64,000 bases of DNA, taken from positions 129,871 through 193,870 of the forward strand of contig CAVRGM010000002.1 of the NCBI GenBank assembly GCA_963720715.1. The letters run 5' to 3'. This stretch comes from an uncultured Chloroflexia bacterium. Lineage in GTDB: Bacteria > Chloroflexota > Limnocylindria > Limnocylindrales > CSP1-4. The notes under the pieces were generated by a model that searched no databases, was not told the DNA's origin, and saw only the letters and a list, made by a program, of their open reading frames with translations. Shown here in pieces: positions 49,767 through 58,425 of this stretch; the stretch's first letter is position 1; each line of letters begins with the position of its first letter. The translations under genes were made by a program, and so were the position numbers.

Positions 49767-50870
49767 GGAAAGACGACCTGATGGCTCACCGCGCGAGCCG
49801 GATCGACACGATCCATTCGTGACGGTCAGGGTGACTGTGAACGTGCCTGAATTTCCGTAGGCGTTGGAGTCGTTCTGCGGCCGGTTCCGCTGATTGCCCG
49901 TCCCCGAAGATCCAGGCCCAAGATGACCGGGGCCGGTTGGCCGCTGTAAGCGCCGTAGAACGTCATCTCGTGCTTCTTTGCCCCATTGCCCTGCCCAGTG
50001 AACGCGTACGTGAATGTCGGAAGCGTTGTGCATACGGGGCCAGTGGGGGTTGGCGCCGGCGTCGCAGTCGGCGCGGGCGTAGGCGTCGCGGTTGGCGTAG
50101 GTGTCGGCGTCGCGCCGGGGCCCGACTGCGATGAACTGCGTCGAGGAAAGCTCACCCCCGGGATTGCTGACCGTAAGCGTGATCCGGTATGTCTGCGCGC
50201 CTGCGTACGTGTAGCTCGCAGTCCTACCAACGATCGGTGGGAAGGGATCAAGTCCATCACCCATATCCCAGTCGTAGCCGGATATTGCACACGCCCCTGT
50301 ACTTGGAGCTGCAGCGGATGCGTCCAATGCGACGTCGTACGTCGCGACAGTGACCGTGAAGGCCGCGCTGGTTGGGGGTGCGCACCCGGACGGCGGCGCC
50401 GCGCCGCCGTTCGGGGCGAGACCGAGAACCGCCGCCGTCGAGGATGACTTGATGTCAAGTCCGCCGCCGAAGAAGCTGTTGATCAGCGGCGTGAGGAAGG
50501 AGAATCGCTCGGTGACGTTCACCGTCACGGTGTTGCCCGTTCCTCCTCCTCCGGCTGCATCGACGCATGAGATCGTCGTCCCGGCGGGATTGGCACACGT
50601 CGCTGCGACCGCCAGCGTGCTTTCTCCCGTCTGGCCCTGGACATTGGTTTCCTGCCGAGCGCGGGACGTCATCGTCGCGCTGTCGTTCGGATAGACGGAG
50701 CCGTAGGAGGCCGCTTCGCGCGACGCGTTGCTGATCTGGACGTAGGAGAAGAACATCCGCCCGACGTCGATGGCGATGAGCAGAAACAGGAGGAGCAACG
50801 GCAACAGTAGAGAGAACTCGACCAATGCCTGGGCCCGCGACTTGTCGGAGCGAGATCGATTCAGGCGCAA
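49731..50870 (-). pseudogene. TadE-like N-terminus fused to PKD-like domain(s) and a PT-linker (paralog of 46678..47989), split over at least two frames
   Basis: Frame A (TTG start at 50870): MRLNRSRSDKSRAQALVEFSLLLPLLLLFLLIAIDVGRMF...FSFLTPLINSFFGG...ISGYDWDMGDG...YRITLTVSN, then nonsense. Frame B (49826..50458): PTPTPTATPTPAPTATPAPTPTGPVCTTLPTFTYAFTG... continues the protein. Confidence 0.5.
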
Positions 50871-51132
50871 GGGATGGCGTGAGACCGTCTGTCGCGTGCG
50901 CGACGAGGCGATCGCCGGGATCCGTGGGCCGGGTAATCGGGGCGAATTCTTTCGGGCACCGGCGGATACTAGGCCGGAAACCTTACGCCGGACCTTTCAC
51001 TTTGTCGGGGGTGACCAAGGTTCGGTGCCGTCACGCACCGTCCGCGGCCCCGAGCGAGCCCTGGGACCGTACTCGGGCAGGACTTCCGGGCGGGTGGTCG
51101 AACGCGCGGTCGCCGTCGCACCATGGCGCGCC

Positions 51133-51351
51133 ATGAGACGAGTCGTCGCCACGATCCTGTGGTTCTACGTTGGCTGGTATGCCGGAAACATGGTGGCTGA
51201 GTTGATCGGCGTGACGCCGTATCTCGGTCCAGTCGTCGGTGTGGCCCTCGCCCTCGTGGCCCTTGGGGATCCCCGGCGCTTCCGGACAGCGACCAAGGCA
51301 TCGGAGCAGACGACTGCCTCGATCGCCGAGGGCCAGACCGAACCGTCCTGA
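51133..51351 (+). CDS. Small two-TM membrane protein (72 aa)
   Basis: Internal ATG of ORF 50770..51351. MRRVVATILWFYVGWYAGNMVAELIGVTPYLGPVVGVALALVALG. Confidence 0.3.
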   Translation: MRRVVATILWFYVGWYAGNMVAELIGVTPYLGPVVGVALALVALGDPRRFRTATKASEQTTASIAEGQTEPS

Positions 51352-51361
51352 CCGGTCTGGG

Positions 51362-52780
51362 TCAGGCCTCCGTGCCTGGTTCACCTGGGAGCTGGATGCT
51401 GAACGTGCTGCCCGAGCCGACGACGCCGTCGGCGAGGCTGAGTTCCCCGCCCATGGCTCGGCACAGTTCCCTCGATACGTAGAGCCCAAGGCCGCTGCCC
51501 TCGCTCGACTGGCCAGTTTCGCCTCGGGCGAACCGCGCGAATAGTCTCGATCGATCCTCCGGCGCGATGCCCGGGCCGCCGTCGGAGATCGTCATGCACA
51601 GGCGCGCCGCCTCCGCATCGACCGTGACCGCCACCGTGACCGGCGAACGGCCGCCGTACTTGATGGCGTTGTCGAGGAGGGCCCACAGGACCTGGTCGAG
51701 CTGGTCGCCGTCGGCGATGGCCAACCAGCCGCCGGAACCATCATCGAGGCTGAAGTCGACGTCGTCCGCGCCGAGTGCCTCCCACGCTTTGCGCGCGCGG
51801 GTCGCCAGGTTGAGCACCTCCGCTCGCGGTCGCAGCGCCCCGGACTCGAGCCGGTTCACCATCAGGAGCTGGCGGACCATCCGCGACAAGCGTTCGGCCT
51901 GCTCGGAGATGATCCCCAGGCGTCGATCCGGGTGGTCGCCTTCGAGCTGCTCGGCATAGGCACGGATGCTCGTCAGCGGGGTCTGAAGGTTGTGGCTGAC
52001 GCCCCGCAGGAAGTCATCCTTGGCGGCATCGAGCTCAAGAAGCTGAGCGTTCTGGGACTCGACCTGGCTGAACAGCTGGGCGTTCCGGATGGCGATGGCC
52101 ACCTCGCTGGTGAACAGCTGGAGCAGGTCCTGATCGGCCGGCTCCCAACGCCGGGTGGCGGGCAGCCGACCCAGCAGGACACCGAGTTCATCGCTGCCGG
52201 CGCGCATCACTGCCCGTAGCTGGCGGACCTCGCCGGCCACGACCTCGACCTCCGGCACCAGCGACGGATCGCCCAGGATGACGGTCGCATCGATGAGCCC
52301 GAACGCGGCTCGCGCGTCCTTGCCCGCCCGCTCGACGAGGTCCTCCACGCCATCGCGCGGCGACATCGATTCGATGGCGGCCAGGATCTTGTCCAGCTCG
52401 CGGTTCCGCCGTTCGAGCGACGCGGCCAGTGTGTTGTGGCTCTCCGACAGTCGAGCGAGTTCGTCGTCGCCGGCAACTTGGATGGGTGTCGAAAGATCAC
52501 CACTCGAGACCCGGTCGACGGCCTCGGCGACATCGTGCAGTGGCCGGGTCAGGTCGCCGACGAGGACGTATGAGCCGAGGATCGACAGGACGGCGACGAT
52601 GGTCAGCCCGAACAGCAGCAGGCGGCTGAGGTTTGCGTCGGCCGATGATCCACCGAGCGCCGAACCGACGACCAGCACGAAGATCCCGAAGATGGCCAGC
52701 GGACTGAGCGACGCGAGCATCAACGCCCCCGTCAATCGCGTCCGGAAGCTCAGTCCAGGCGACCGCTCCGGGTCAGGCAT
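51362..52780 (-). CDS. Sensor histidine kinase (TM-HAMP-HisKA-HATPase)
   Basis: ATG at 52780 (M20) overlaps the response regulator stop by 8 nt. H-box GVSHNLQTPLTSI; G-box GSGLGLYVS. Confidence 0.85.
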   Translation of the reverse strand: MPDPERSPGLSFRTRLTGALMLASLSPLAIFGIFVLVVGSALGGSSADANLSRLLLFGLTIVAVLSILGSYVLVGDLTRPLHDVAEAVDRVSSGDLSTPIQVAGDDELARLSESHNTLAASLERRNRELDKILAAIESMSPRDGVEDLVERAGKDARAAFGLIDATVILGDPSLVPEVEVVAGEVRQLRAVMRAGSDELGVLLGRLPATRRWEPADQDLLQLFTSEVAIAIRNAQLFSQVESQNAQLLELDAAKDDFLRGVSHNLQTPLTSIRAYAEQLEGDHPDRRLGIISEQAERLSRMVRQLLMVNRLESGALRPRAEVLNLATRARKAWEALGADDVDFSLDDGSGGWLAIADGDQLDQVLWALLDNAIKYGGRSPVTVAVTVDAEAARLCMTISDGGPGIAPEDRSRLFARFARGETGQSSEGSGLGLYVSRELCRAMGGELSLADGVVGSGSTFSIQLPGEPGTEA

Positions 52781-53525
52781 CGACCGACAGGTCCGGCGGC
52801 GGAACGCCGACCGTCGGCACGAGCCGGTAGCCGACACCCCGGACGGTCTGGATGTGGATCGGGCGATTGGGGTCCATCTCGACCTTCTGGCGGAGCCGTC
52901 GCATCGTCACCCAGACATAGGAAGGGTCGGCGTCGTCGGTGTCCGCCCAGCCACGGGCGAGGAGCGTTTCGGTCGGGACGGTCTGGCCGATGCTCGCGGC
53001 GAGCGCGTACAGCAGGCGCGATTCGGTCGGGGTCAGCTCGACCGTCTTGCCACCGACGGTCGCCTCGCGTCGATGGAGGTCGAGGGTGAGGTCCGGACCG
53101 AGGACAAGGCTCTGGCGCGGGACCTTGTCGCCGAGTCGGCGCAGCACTCGATTGATCCGCGCTCGCAGCTCCGGGTAGTGATACGGCTTGGTGACGTAGT
53201 CCTCGGCCACCTCCTCGAGGAGATCGGCCTTGGAGTCGCCGGCATCGATGGCCGACAGGACGATGACGGGCAGGTCGGCTCGAGACTTGATCTCGCGGGC
53301 CAGGGACAGGCCGTCCATCCGGGGCATCATCATGTCGATGATCAAGAGGTCCGGCCAGGCGGTCTCCATCCGTCTGAGTGCCTCCACGCCGTCGCGTGCC
53401 GTGATCGTCTCGAACCCGTCCGCCTGGAGCTGGTCGGCCAGCAGGACGAGCAGGTTCGGGTCGTCATCGACGATGAGGATTCGTGGGGCCTGCAGCCGCG
53501 GCCCCGTGGGCCAGACGCTCGACAT
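52773..53525 (-). CDS. OmpR-family response regulator
   Basis: ATG at 53525 (M39). RILIVDDDPN, DLLIIDMMMPRMDG and a winged-helix C-terminus. Confidence 0.85.
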   Translation of the reverse strand: MSSVWPTGPRLQAPRILIVDDDPNLLVLLADQLQADGFETITARDGVEALRRMETAWPDLLIIDMMMPRMDGLSLAREIKSRADLPVIVLSAIDAGDSKADLLEEVAEDYVTKPYHYPELRARINRVLRRLGDKVPRQSLVLGPDLTLDLHRREATVGGKTVELTPTESRLLYALAASIGQTVPTETLLARGWADTDDADPSYVWVTMRRLRQKVEMDPNRPIHIQTVRGVGYRLVPTVGVPPPDLSVDA

Positions 53526-53572
53526 CGTCGGAGGATAGCAGCGGGCCGGGGCGTGCCCGGACCCCGACGTGG

Positions 53573-54301
53573 TCAGTCGGACTTCTTGCCCTCGACCGCC
53601 TGATCGCGCAGTTCGGGTCGGAAGTCGGCTTCGGGCCACGGGGGCACGGGGGACTCGGGGCCGTCGGCAGGTGCCTCGACGTCGCTCCCATCAGGGTCGC
53701 TCGCATCGGCGTCGCTCGTATCGTCGCCGTATTCGAGCTCCGAGGCGGCGATCATCTGGGTCCGGTTGATCAGAACGAACGGATACTCACCGGTGATCCG
53801 ATCCTCAGCCAGGGAGCGAACGGTCACCTCCGTGACCGAGACGAAACGAGGATCGGTGGCATCGACGAAGCCGTCGATGTGGGTCTGGCCGAACAGGTAG
53901 ACGTGACCGGACAGCGTGTGCGCCGGTGTGAACATGACGAACTCGCGAGCCCGGCGAACCTCGATGCCGGGGGTCGACATCTCTTCGACGAAACCGGTCG
54001 CGACGAGCGTCTCCGGTGGTTGTTCCTCGCTCTGGGCGATGAACGAGATCTCGTCCTGGTCGACCATGATCTCCGCGAACTCTGCACCTGTCGGCTCGCC
54101 GTCGGGCCGGAGGAGGCGGACATCGTGGACGCGGATGTACCCGCTCGAGGCATTGATCAGGTCCGACAACCGGCCGAACCGGCCCAGCCCGACCTTGCCC
54201 ACGAGCCGGAGGTGGAGACCGAAGAGCTCGATCGCCTGCTCGTGCTCGCTCCCGCCAGCAGCGACACCGTCGCCGATCGTGAAGCCACTCTCCCAACTCA
54301 T
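53573..54301 (-). CDS. Conserved hypothetical protein (243 aa) upstream of the two-component system, with an acidic C-terminal tail
   Basis: ATG at 54301 (M49 of ORF 53573..54445). No recognisable motifs. Confidence 0.5.
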   Translation of the reverse strand: MSWESGFTIGDGVAAGGSEHEQAIELFGLHLRLVGKVGLGRFGRLSDLINASSGYIRVHDVRLLRPDGEPTGAEFAEIMVDQDEISFIAQSEEQPPETLVATGFVEEMSTPGIEVRRAREFVMFTPAHTLSGHVYLFGQTHIDGFVDATDPRFVSVTEVTVRSLAEDRITGEYPFVLINRTQMIAASELEYGDDTSDADASDPDGSDVEAPADGPESPVPPWPEADFRPELRDQAVEGKKSD

Positions 54302-54412
54302 GCCCGGGATTGTAGCGGGCGATCCGCTCTCGATGCCATGGGCCGTTCGGGTCAGCGCGGCGGGGGGGCCTGAGCGGGCAGGGGGGCAGGCGGGGGCGCC
54401 CAGCGACATTTC

Positions 54413-54425
54413 GGCGCCAGGCGCC
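54413..54425. repeat. 13-bp palindrome GGCGCCAGGCGCC (family GGCGCCWGGCGCC), copy 1
   Basis: Read directly. Further copies at 54566-54578, 55465-55477, 55547-55559 and 42069-42081, with an imperfect copy at 55393-55405. Confidence 0.7.
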
Positions 54426-54565
54426 TGCTGCGGCGAGCGAATCACTCTGCGTGCCCGTTGACGGGCCGAATCGGCGTGTGGCGCCTAGGGACTGCGAGAT
54501 CTGCGGGTTGCCGAGGCATTTGAGGCCCGCATGGGCCGTGGGACAGGCAGCCATCGGTCCGGACG

Positions 54566-54578
54566 GGCGCCTGGCGCC
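54566..54578. repeat. Palindrome GGCGCCTGGCGCC, copy 2 (66 nt upstream of the XRE gene GTG)
   Basis: Read directly. Confidence 0.7.
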
Positions 54579-54670
54579 GACGGCGCGGGCGGTCGCGGTC
54601 GCGTGTCCGGGTGAGATCCAGATCTGTGGCGGTCGACTGACGGGTGATCGCTGATCGCGATGATGCGGGC

Positions 54671-55324
54671 ATGCCAACGCGAGAGCGACGAGTGGATCGC
54701 GGCCGACGGACCGGACTCAGGATCCGTCAGGCCGTAGGCGATGAGTTCCGCGAGGCCAGACTTGCACTGGGTCTTCGTCAGGAAGATGTCGGGCGCGCGG
54801 CGGACCTTTCACCTACCCAGGTCGGCCGCATCGAGCGGGGAGTCTTGACCAGCGTCACCATCGACCAACTGGCTCGACTCGCCGCCGTTCTGGGACTCGA
54901 CTTGACGGTCAAGGTCTATCCAGGAGGACGTCCGCTGCGCGACCAGGCTCAAGTCACGCTGCTCGACCGATTTCGGGCCGATCTCGGGCCTTCGCTTGCG
55001 CTGCTCACCGAGGTGCCGGTCCCGATCATGGGTGATCGGCGTGCCTGGGATGCCCAAGTCGTCGGTGGCTCTGCGACTATCGGCGTCGAGGCGGAAACCA
55101 GATTGCGCGACGCGCAGGCGGTGCTGCGGCGGATCGCACTGAAGAAGCGCGACTCGAATATCGACGTCGTGATCCTGCTTCTCGCCGATTCGCGCACCAA
55201 TCGGGCAGCAGCGCGCGACGCCGAAACGTCGCTGCGGGCGATGTTCCCGACGCCGCCACGGGAGGCACTTCGAGCGCTGCGCCAAGGCTCGATCCCGCGC
55301 GCATCGGCGCTCCTCATCCTGTGA
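54671..55324 (+). CDS. XRE-family helix-turn-helix transcriptional regulator with a C-terminal domain of unknown function
   Basis: ATG at 54671 (alternative GTG at 54644). HTH region LRQEDVGRAADLSPTQVGRIERG. Confidence 0.7.
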   Translation: MPTRERRVDRGRRTGLRIRQAVGDEFREARLALGLRQEDVGRAADLSPTQVGRIERGVLTSVTIDQLARLAAVLGLDLTVKVYPGGRPLRDQAQVTLLDRFRADLGPSLALLTEVPVPIMGDRRAWDAQVVGGSATIGVEAETRLRDAQAVLRRIALKKRDSNIDVVILLLADSRTNRAAARDAETSLRAMFPTPPREALRALRQGSIPRASALLIL

Positions 55325-55442
55325 GTGGCGCCGGGAACATCTGTAGCCGGCTGCGCCCCGGCGCTGCTCCCCGGCGCGGCCGGCTGCGCGTCGGCGCGTG
55401 GCGCCTGTCCGGGCCGACGAGATCGGTGGCACGGTCGAGTTC

Positions 55443-55477
55443 GGCGCCTATGCTTGCCGGCATAGGCGCCTGGCGCC
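55443..55477. repeat. Composite palindrome: 10-bp stem GGCGCCTATG...CATAGGCGCC overlapping a GGCGCCTGGCGCC copy
   Basis: Read directly at 55443-55477, 120 nt downstream of the XRE gene. Confidence 0.65.
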
Positions 55478-55546
55478 GTCCAGGGCCACCAGGTGGCGGA
55501 TCTGATGGTGCGCGCGGCACGCAACTCCGATCCGTTCGCTCTTGCA

Positions 55547-55559
55547 GGCGCCTGGCGCC
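55547..55559. repeat. Palindrome GGCGCCTGGCGCC, copy 4
   Basis: Read directly. It lies just 3' of the nth stop codon on the opposite strand. Confidence 0.7.
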
Positions 55560-55591
55560 GGAATGTGGCTCGAGCGCCGAATCGGCCCGGG

Positions 55592-56581
55592 TCAGAGCGC
55601 CTTGGGGTCCACGTACCGACAGCGAGGTCGAAGCGGGCAGTGATCGCAGTCCGGTCGGCGGGCGTGGCAGACCTTGCGCCCGTGCTGGATGAGGTTCACG
55701 TGGGCCTCGTACATCTGATCCGGGTGAAGCAGACCGAGGAACAGGTCGTGGGCGTCATCGGCGGAGACCTTCGGTCCGATGAGACCGACCCGGTGGGCGA
55801 CCCGCTCCACGTGCCGATCGACGGGCATGAGCGGGAGGCCGAACGAGAAGAGGAGCAAGACCGAGGCCGTCTTCTTCCCGATGCCATCGATGGAGGTCAG
55901 CCAGCCCCTTGCTCCGAGGGCGGTCATGGCGCCCAGGAACTCAAGGGAGTAATCGCCGCGCTGCTCGCGGATATGTCGCAGCGTGGCCTGGAGGCGTGGC
56001 GCCTTCTGGTTGGCCAGCCCGCCCGGACGGATGGTGTCGACCAGTTCGGGGAGCGGCGCGAATTCCACCGCCGCCCAGTCCGGGGCGATCCCGTCCGGGA
56101 GTCCATCGCCACCCCAGCCCGCGCCCGGGTTGTGGGCCTGGATCGGGCCCTCGCCCGGGTACGTCGTGCGCAGGGCCTCGAAGGCGACCTCCGCGTTCGT
56201 ATCGGCGCTGTTCTGGGTCAGGATGGTCAGGATGAGCTCACTGGTCGGATCCAGGCGCCGCTGCCAGACCGGACGGCCATACGAGGCAGCGAGTTCTCCG
56301 AGGGTGAACGTGACCAGACCCGGCCGGTAGCGCTCGAGGGTCTTGGCCCACGTCCGGCCCGGGTCGGAGAACCGCCGTTTTCTGGGTTTCGTCCTGCGCG
56401 GTTTGGCCGCCGGTCTGCTCGGATCGATCACCCGTCCATCGTCGACGCGCGGCGGGCGCGGCGTCAATCGGGGTTCGCGCGCGGCGGCCGGTGTCGGCCT
56501 TGGCCTGGCGTGTGGCCCGGCCCTGCCGGTGGCCAGATATCCGTGGGACGACTGATAGGCCACGGTGTCGGCGGCTCTCAT
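55592..56581 (-). CDS. nth: Endonuclease III-family DNA glycosylase (HhH-GPD plus 4Fe-4S cluster), with a basic N-terminal extension of about 100 aa
   Basis: HhH region LTSIDGIGKKTASVLL; FeS cluster C-x6-C-x2-C-x5-C (CHARRPDCDHCPLRPRC). The start is uncertain. Confidence 0.8.
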   Translation of the reverse strand: MRAADTVAYQSSHGYLATGRAGPHARPRPTPAAAREPRLTPRPPRVDDGRVIDPSRPAAKPRRTKPRKRRFSDPGRTWAKTLERYRPGLVTFTLGELAASYGRPVWQRRLDPTSELILTILTQNSADTNAEVAFEALRTTYPGEGPIQAHNPGAGWGGDGLPDGIAPDWAAVEFAPLPELVDTIRPGGLANQKAPRLQATLRHIREQRGDYSLEFLGAMTALGARGWLTSIDGIGKKTASVLLLFSFGLPLMPVDRHVERVAHRVGLIGPKVSADDAHDLFLGLLHPDQMYEAHVNLIQHGRKVCHARRPDCDHCPLRPRCRYVDPKAL

Positions 56582-56696
56582 GGCCAGCGTGCGTCCGGGA
56601 TCTGGCGGCTGAGCGTGGATCGACCTCGATCTGCGGCACCTGAGCCGGCGATCTGTGACTAGTAGGCGCTCGACGAATTTCTGACCGGCCGGTCCG

Positions 56697-56760
56697 GGGA
56701 CGAGCGGGGCCGGGCCGGGGCGAGCGGGGCCGGGCCGGGGCGAGCGGGGCCGGGCCGGGT
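56697..56760. repeat. Tandem repeat 3 x 21 bp (GCGAGCGGGGCCGGGCCGGGG)
   Basis: Read directly. It is intergenic, between the nth start and the TadG-vWA stop. Confidence 0.8.
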
Positions 56761-56776
56761 TCGCGCGCGGTGGCCG

Positions 56777-58420
56777 CTACTTGTATGTGTACTCGTCGGC
56801 CGCCGTGGCCGTCGACGCGCCGCCCGGTGTGGTCACGATGATGTCGACCGTCTTGCCCTTGGTGCCGGCCGGCGCGGTCAGGCTGATCGACGTGTCGCTC
56901 GTCACGGTGAAGCCCACCGGCTTCCCGCCGAACGTGACCGACGTGGCCCCGGTGAAGAAGACGCCGGTGACGGTCACCCCGTTGCCGCCCACCGCGAGCC
57001 CGGACCCAGGGCTGACGCCCTTGACGGCCGGGATCGGGTACAGCTGGACGAGGTGGGAGCCGCTCTTGGCCAGTTGCGCGGCGGCCGCCTTGAAGATCCC
57101 GGACAGGTCGGTCGAGGCCCCGGTCTTGCCGATGCAGAAGAAGTGGTCGTCGTCGGTGTTCTCGGTCGCCGTACAGGTGGTCGGATTGACCGTCGGTTGG
57201 GTCGACATACTGGCCAGGAGAGCCGTCGCGGTCTTGCCCTTCCAGGCGCCGGACGTATCCGGGCAGGCGGGATCACCGCCGCTGGCGGCGTCCAGCCCGA
57301 AGCCGATGGTGAAGATCTCGATGTTCTGCGCCTTCGCGGCAGCGGCCGCGTTGCTCGCCAGGAGGCAATAGTTCGGCCCGGAGCCCACCGCGTTGTTCGG
57401 CTGGCCGTCGGTCTCGAAGATGATCCCCTTGCGGACACCGGGGCGACCGTTCTTGATCAATTCGTAAGCCGCCGTCGTGATCGGGTCGGCGAGATCCGTG
57501 CCGGTGCTCGAATTCGTGTAGCAGGCGATCGCCGCCGAGACCTTCGAATAGTTCGAACTGAAGGACGACCCGACGCCGCTCAGGCCGACGGGGACCCAGC
57601 GCCGCAGGTCCGTGGGCAGGTTAGCCGTCCCGATCGCACTCGCGCCGCCTGCGACGCAGCCGCCCGAGGTGACGCTGGGCCCAAGCGCGCCGAGTCCCAG
57701 CCACTGGACGTTCGGGTCATACAGGCTGACAATCGAGTTCGCGGCTGCCTTGGCGTTGGTCGTATCGGTGCCGCTCATGCTGCCCGTCCGGTCCATCACC
57801 AGCATGACGTCGACCGGCGTGACCGGAGATTTCCCGCATGGGCCGTTGCACGCCGCGGAGGTGACGACGCCGGTCGATCCGCTGTTGACGCCGACGACGC
57901 GAGAGAACGAGTAGGGCGTCGTGGCGGCCCCGGAGATGAACACCGCGTTGCACATGTCGCCGACTTTCGGCACGCACGACGAGAACCTCGTCGGACCCGC
58001 GCCGTAGAAGTCGCTGGCGACCGGCTGCCGGCCCATCGACTTGCTGGGATCGCAGACGAGCGGGATGTCTCGCGAGATGTAGGGCTTGGCCGGCGTGCTC
58101 GTGTCGACTCCGATGAGGCACTTGTAGCTGATCGTGTAGGCCGACGACGGCAGGCCCGGGTAGTTGGCCTGGATCGTCTTGGTGATCAGGCTGTCGGCGG
58201 CCGCGGCCGATCCGGCCACGGAGCCATCGACTGGCAGCAGGGTCCCGCCGGCGAGCGCCGCGGAGTCGAGCGCATTGGCCAGCGTCTGGCGGTCGTTTCG
58301 CAGCAAGCCGATGTCGACGACCATCCCGGCGAAGGCCAGGATGACCACGAGAACGAGCGCGAACAGGACGATGATCTGGCCCTGTTCGCCCTCGGCGTGG
58401 GCATGGCGGAGGCGGCGCAT
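56777..58420 (-). CDS. TadG-like pseudopilin with a von Willebrand factor A domain and a C-terminal IPT/TIG (Ig-like) domain
   Basis: N-terminus EGEQGQIIVLFALVLVVILAFAGMVVDIGLLRNDRQTLANALDSAALAG. vWA MIDAS-like motifs DVMLVMDRTGSMSG and IIFETDGQPN. C-terminal TIG region VTVTGVFFTGATSVTFGGKPVGFTVTSDTSISLTAP. Confidence 0.8.
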   Translation of the reverse strand: MRRLRHAHAEGEQGQIIVLFALVLVVILAFAGMVVDIGLLRNDRQTLANALDSAALAGGTLLPVDGSVAGSAAAADSLITKTIQANYPGLPSSAYTISYKCLIGVDTSTPAKPYISRDIPLVCDPSKSMGRQPVASDFYGAGPTRFSSCVPKVGDMCNAVFISGAATTPYSFSRVVGVNSGSTGVVTSAACNGPCGKSPVTPVDVMLVMDRTGSMSGTDTTNAKAAANSIVSLYDPNVQWLGLGALGPSVTSGGCVAGGASAIGTANLPTDLRRWVPVGLSGVGSSFSSNYSKVSAAIACYTNSSTGTDLADPITTAAYELIKNGRPGVRKGIIFETDGQPNNAVGSGPNYCLLASNAAAAAKAQNIEIFTIGFGLDAASGGDPACPDTSGAWKGKTATALLASMSTQPTVNPTTCTATENTDDDHFFCIGKTGASTDLSGIFKAAAAQLAKSGSHLVQLYPIPAVKGVSPGSGLAVGGNGVTVTGVFFTGATSVTFGGKPVGFTVTSDTSISLTAPAGTKGKTVDIIVTTPGGASTATAADEYTYK

Positions 58421-58425
58421 CGGGA

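Noticed and set aside
54355-54400. G-rich tract (GCGGGGGGGCCTGAGCGGGCAGGGGGGCAGGCGGGGGCG) considered as a possible G-quadruplex or slipped-strand phase-variation site
   Set aside because: The G runs are only 5-7 nt and lie upstream of a hypothetical gene. There is no evidence of length heterogeneity from a single sequence. It is noted but not called.
56697-56760. Possible CRISPR array (short direct repeats)
   Set aside because: Only three contiguous 21-bp units with no spacers. This is a tandem repeat, not a CRISPR array. No cas genes are in the window.
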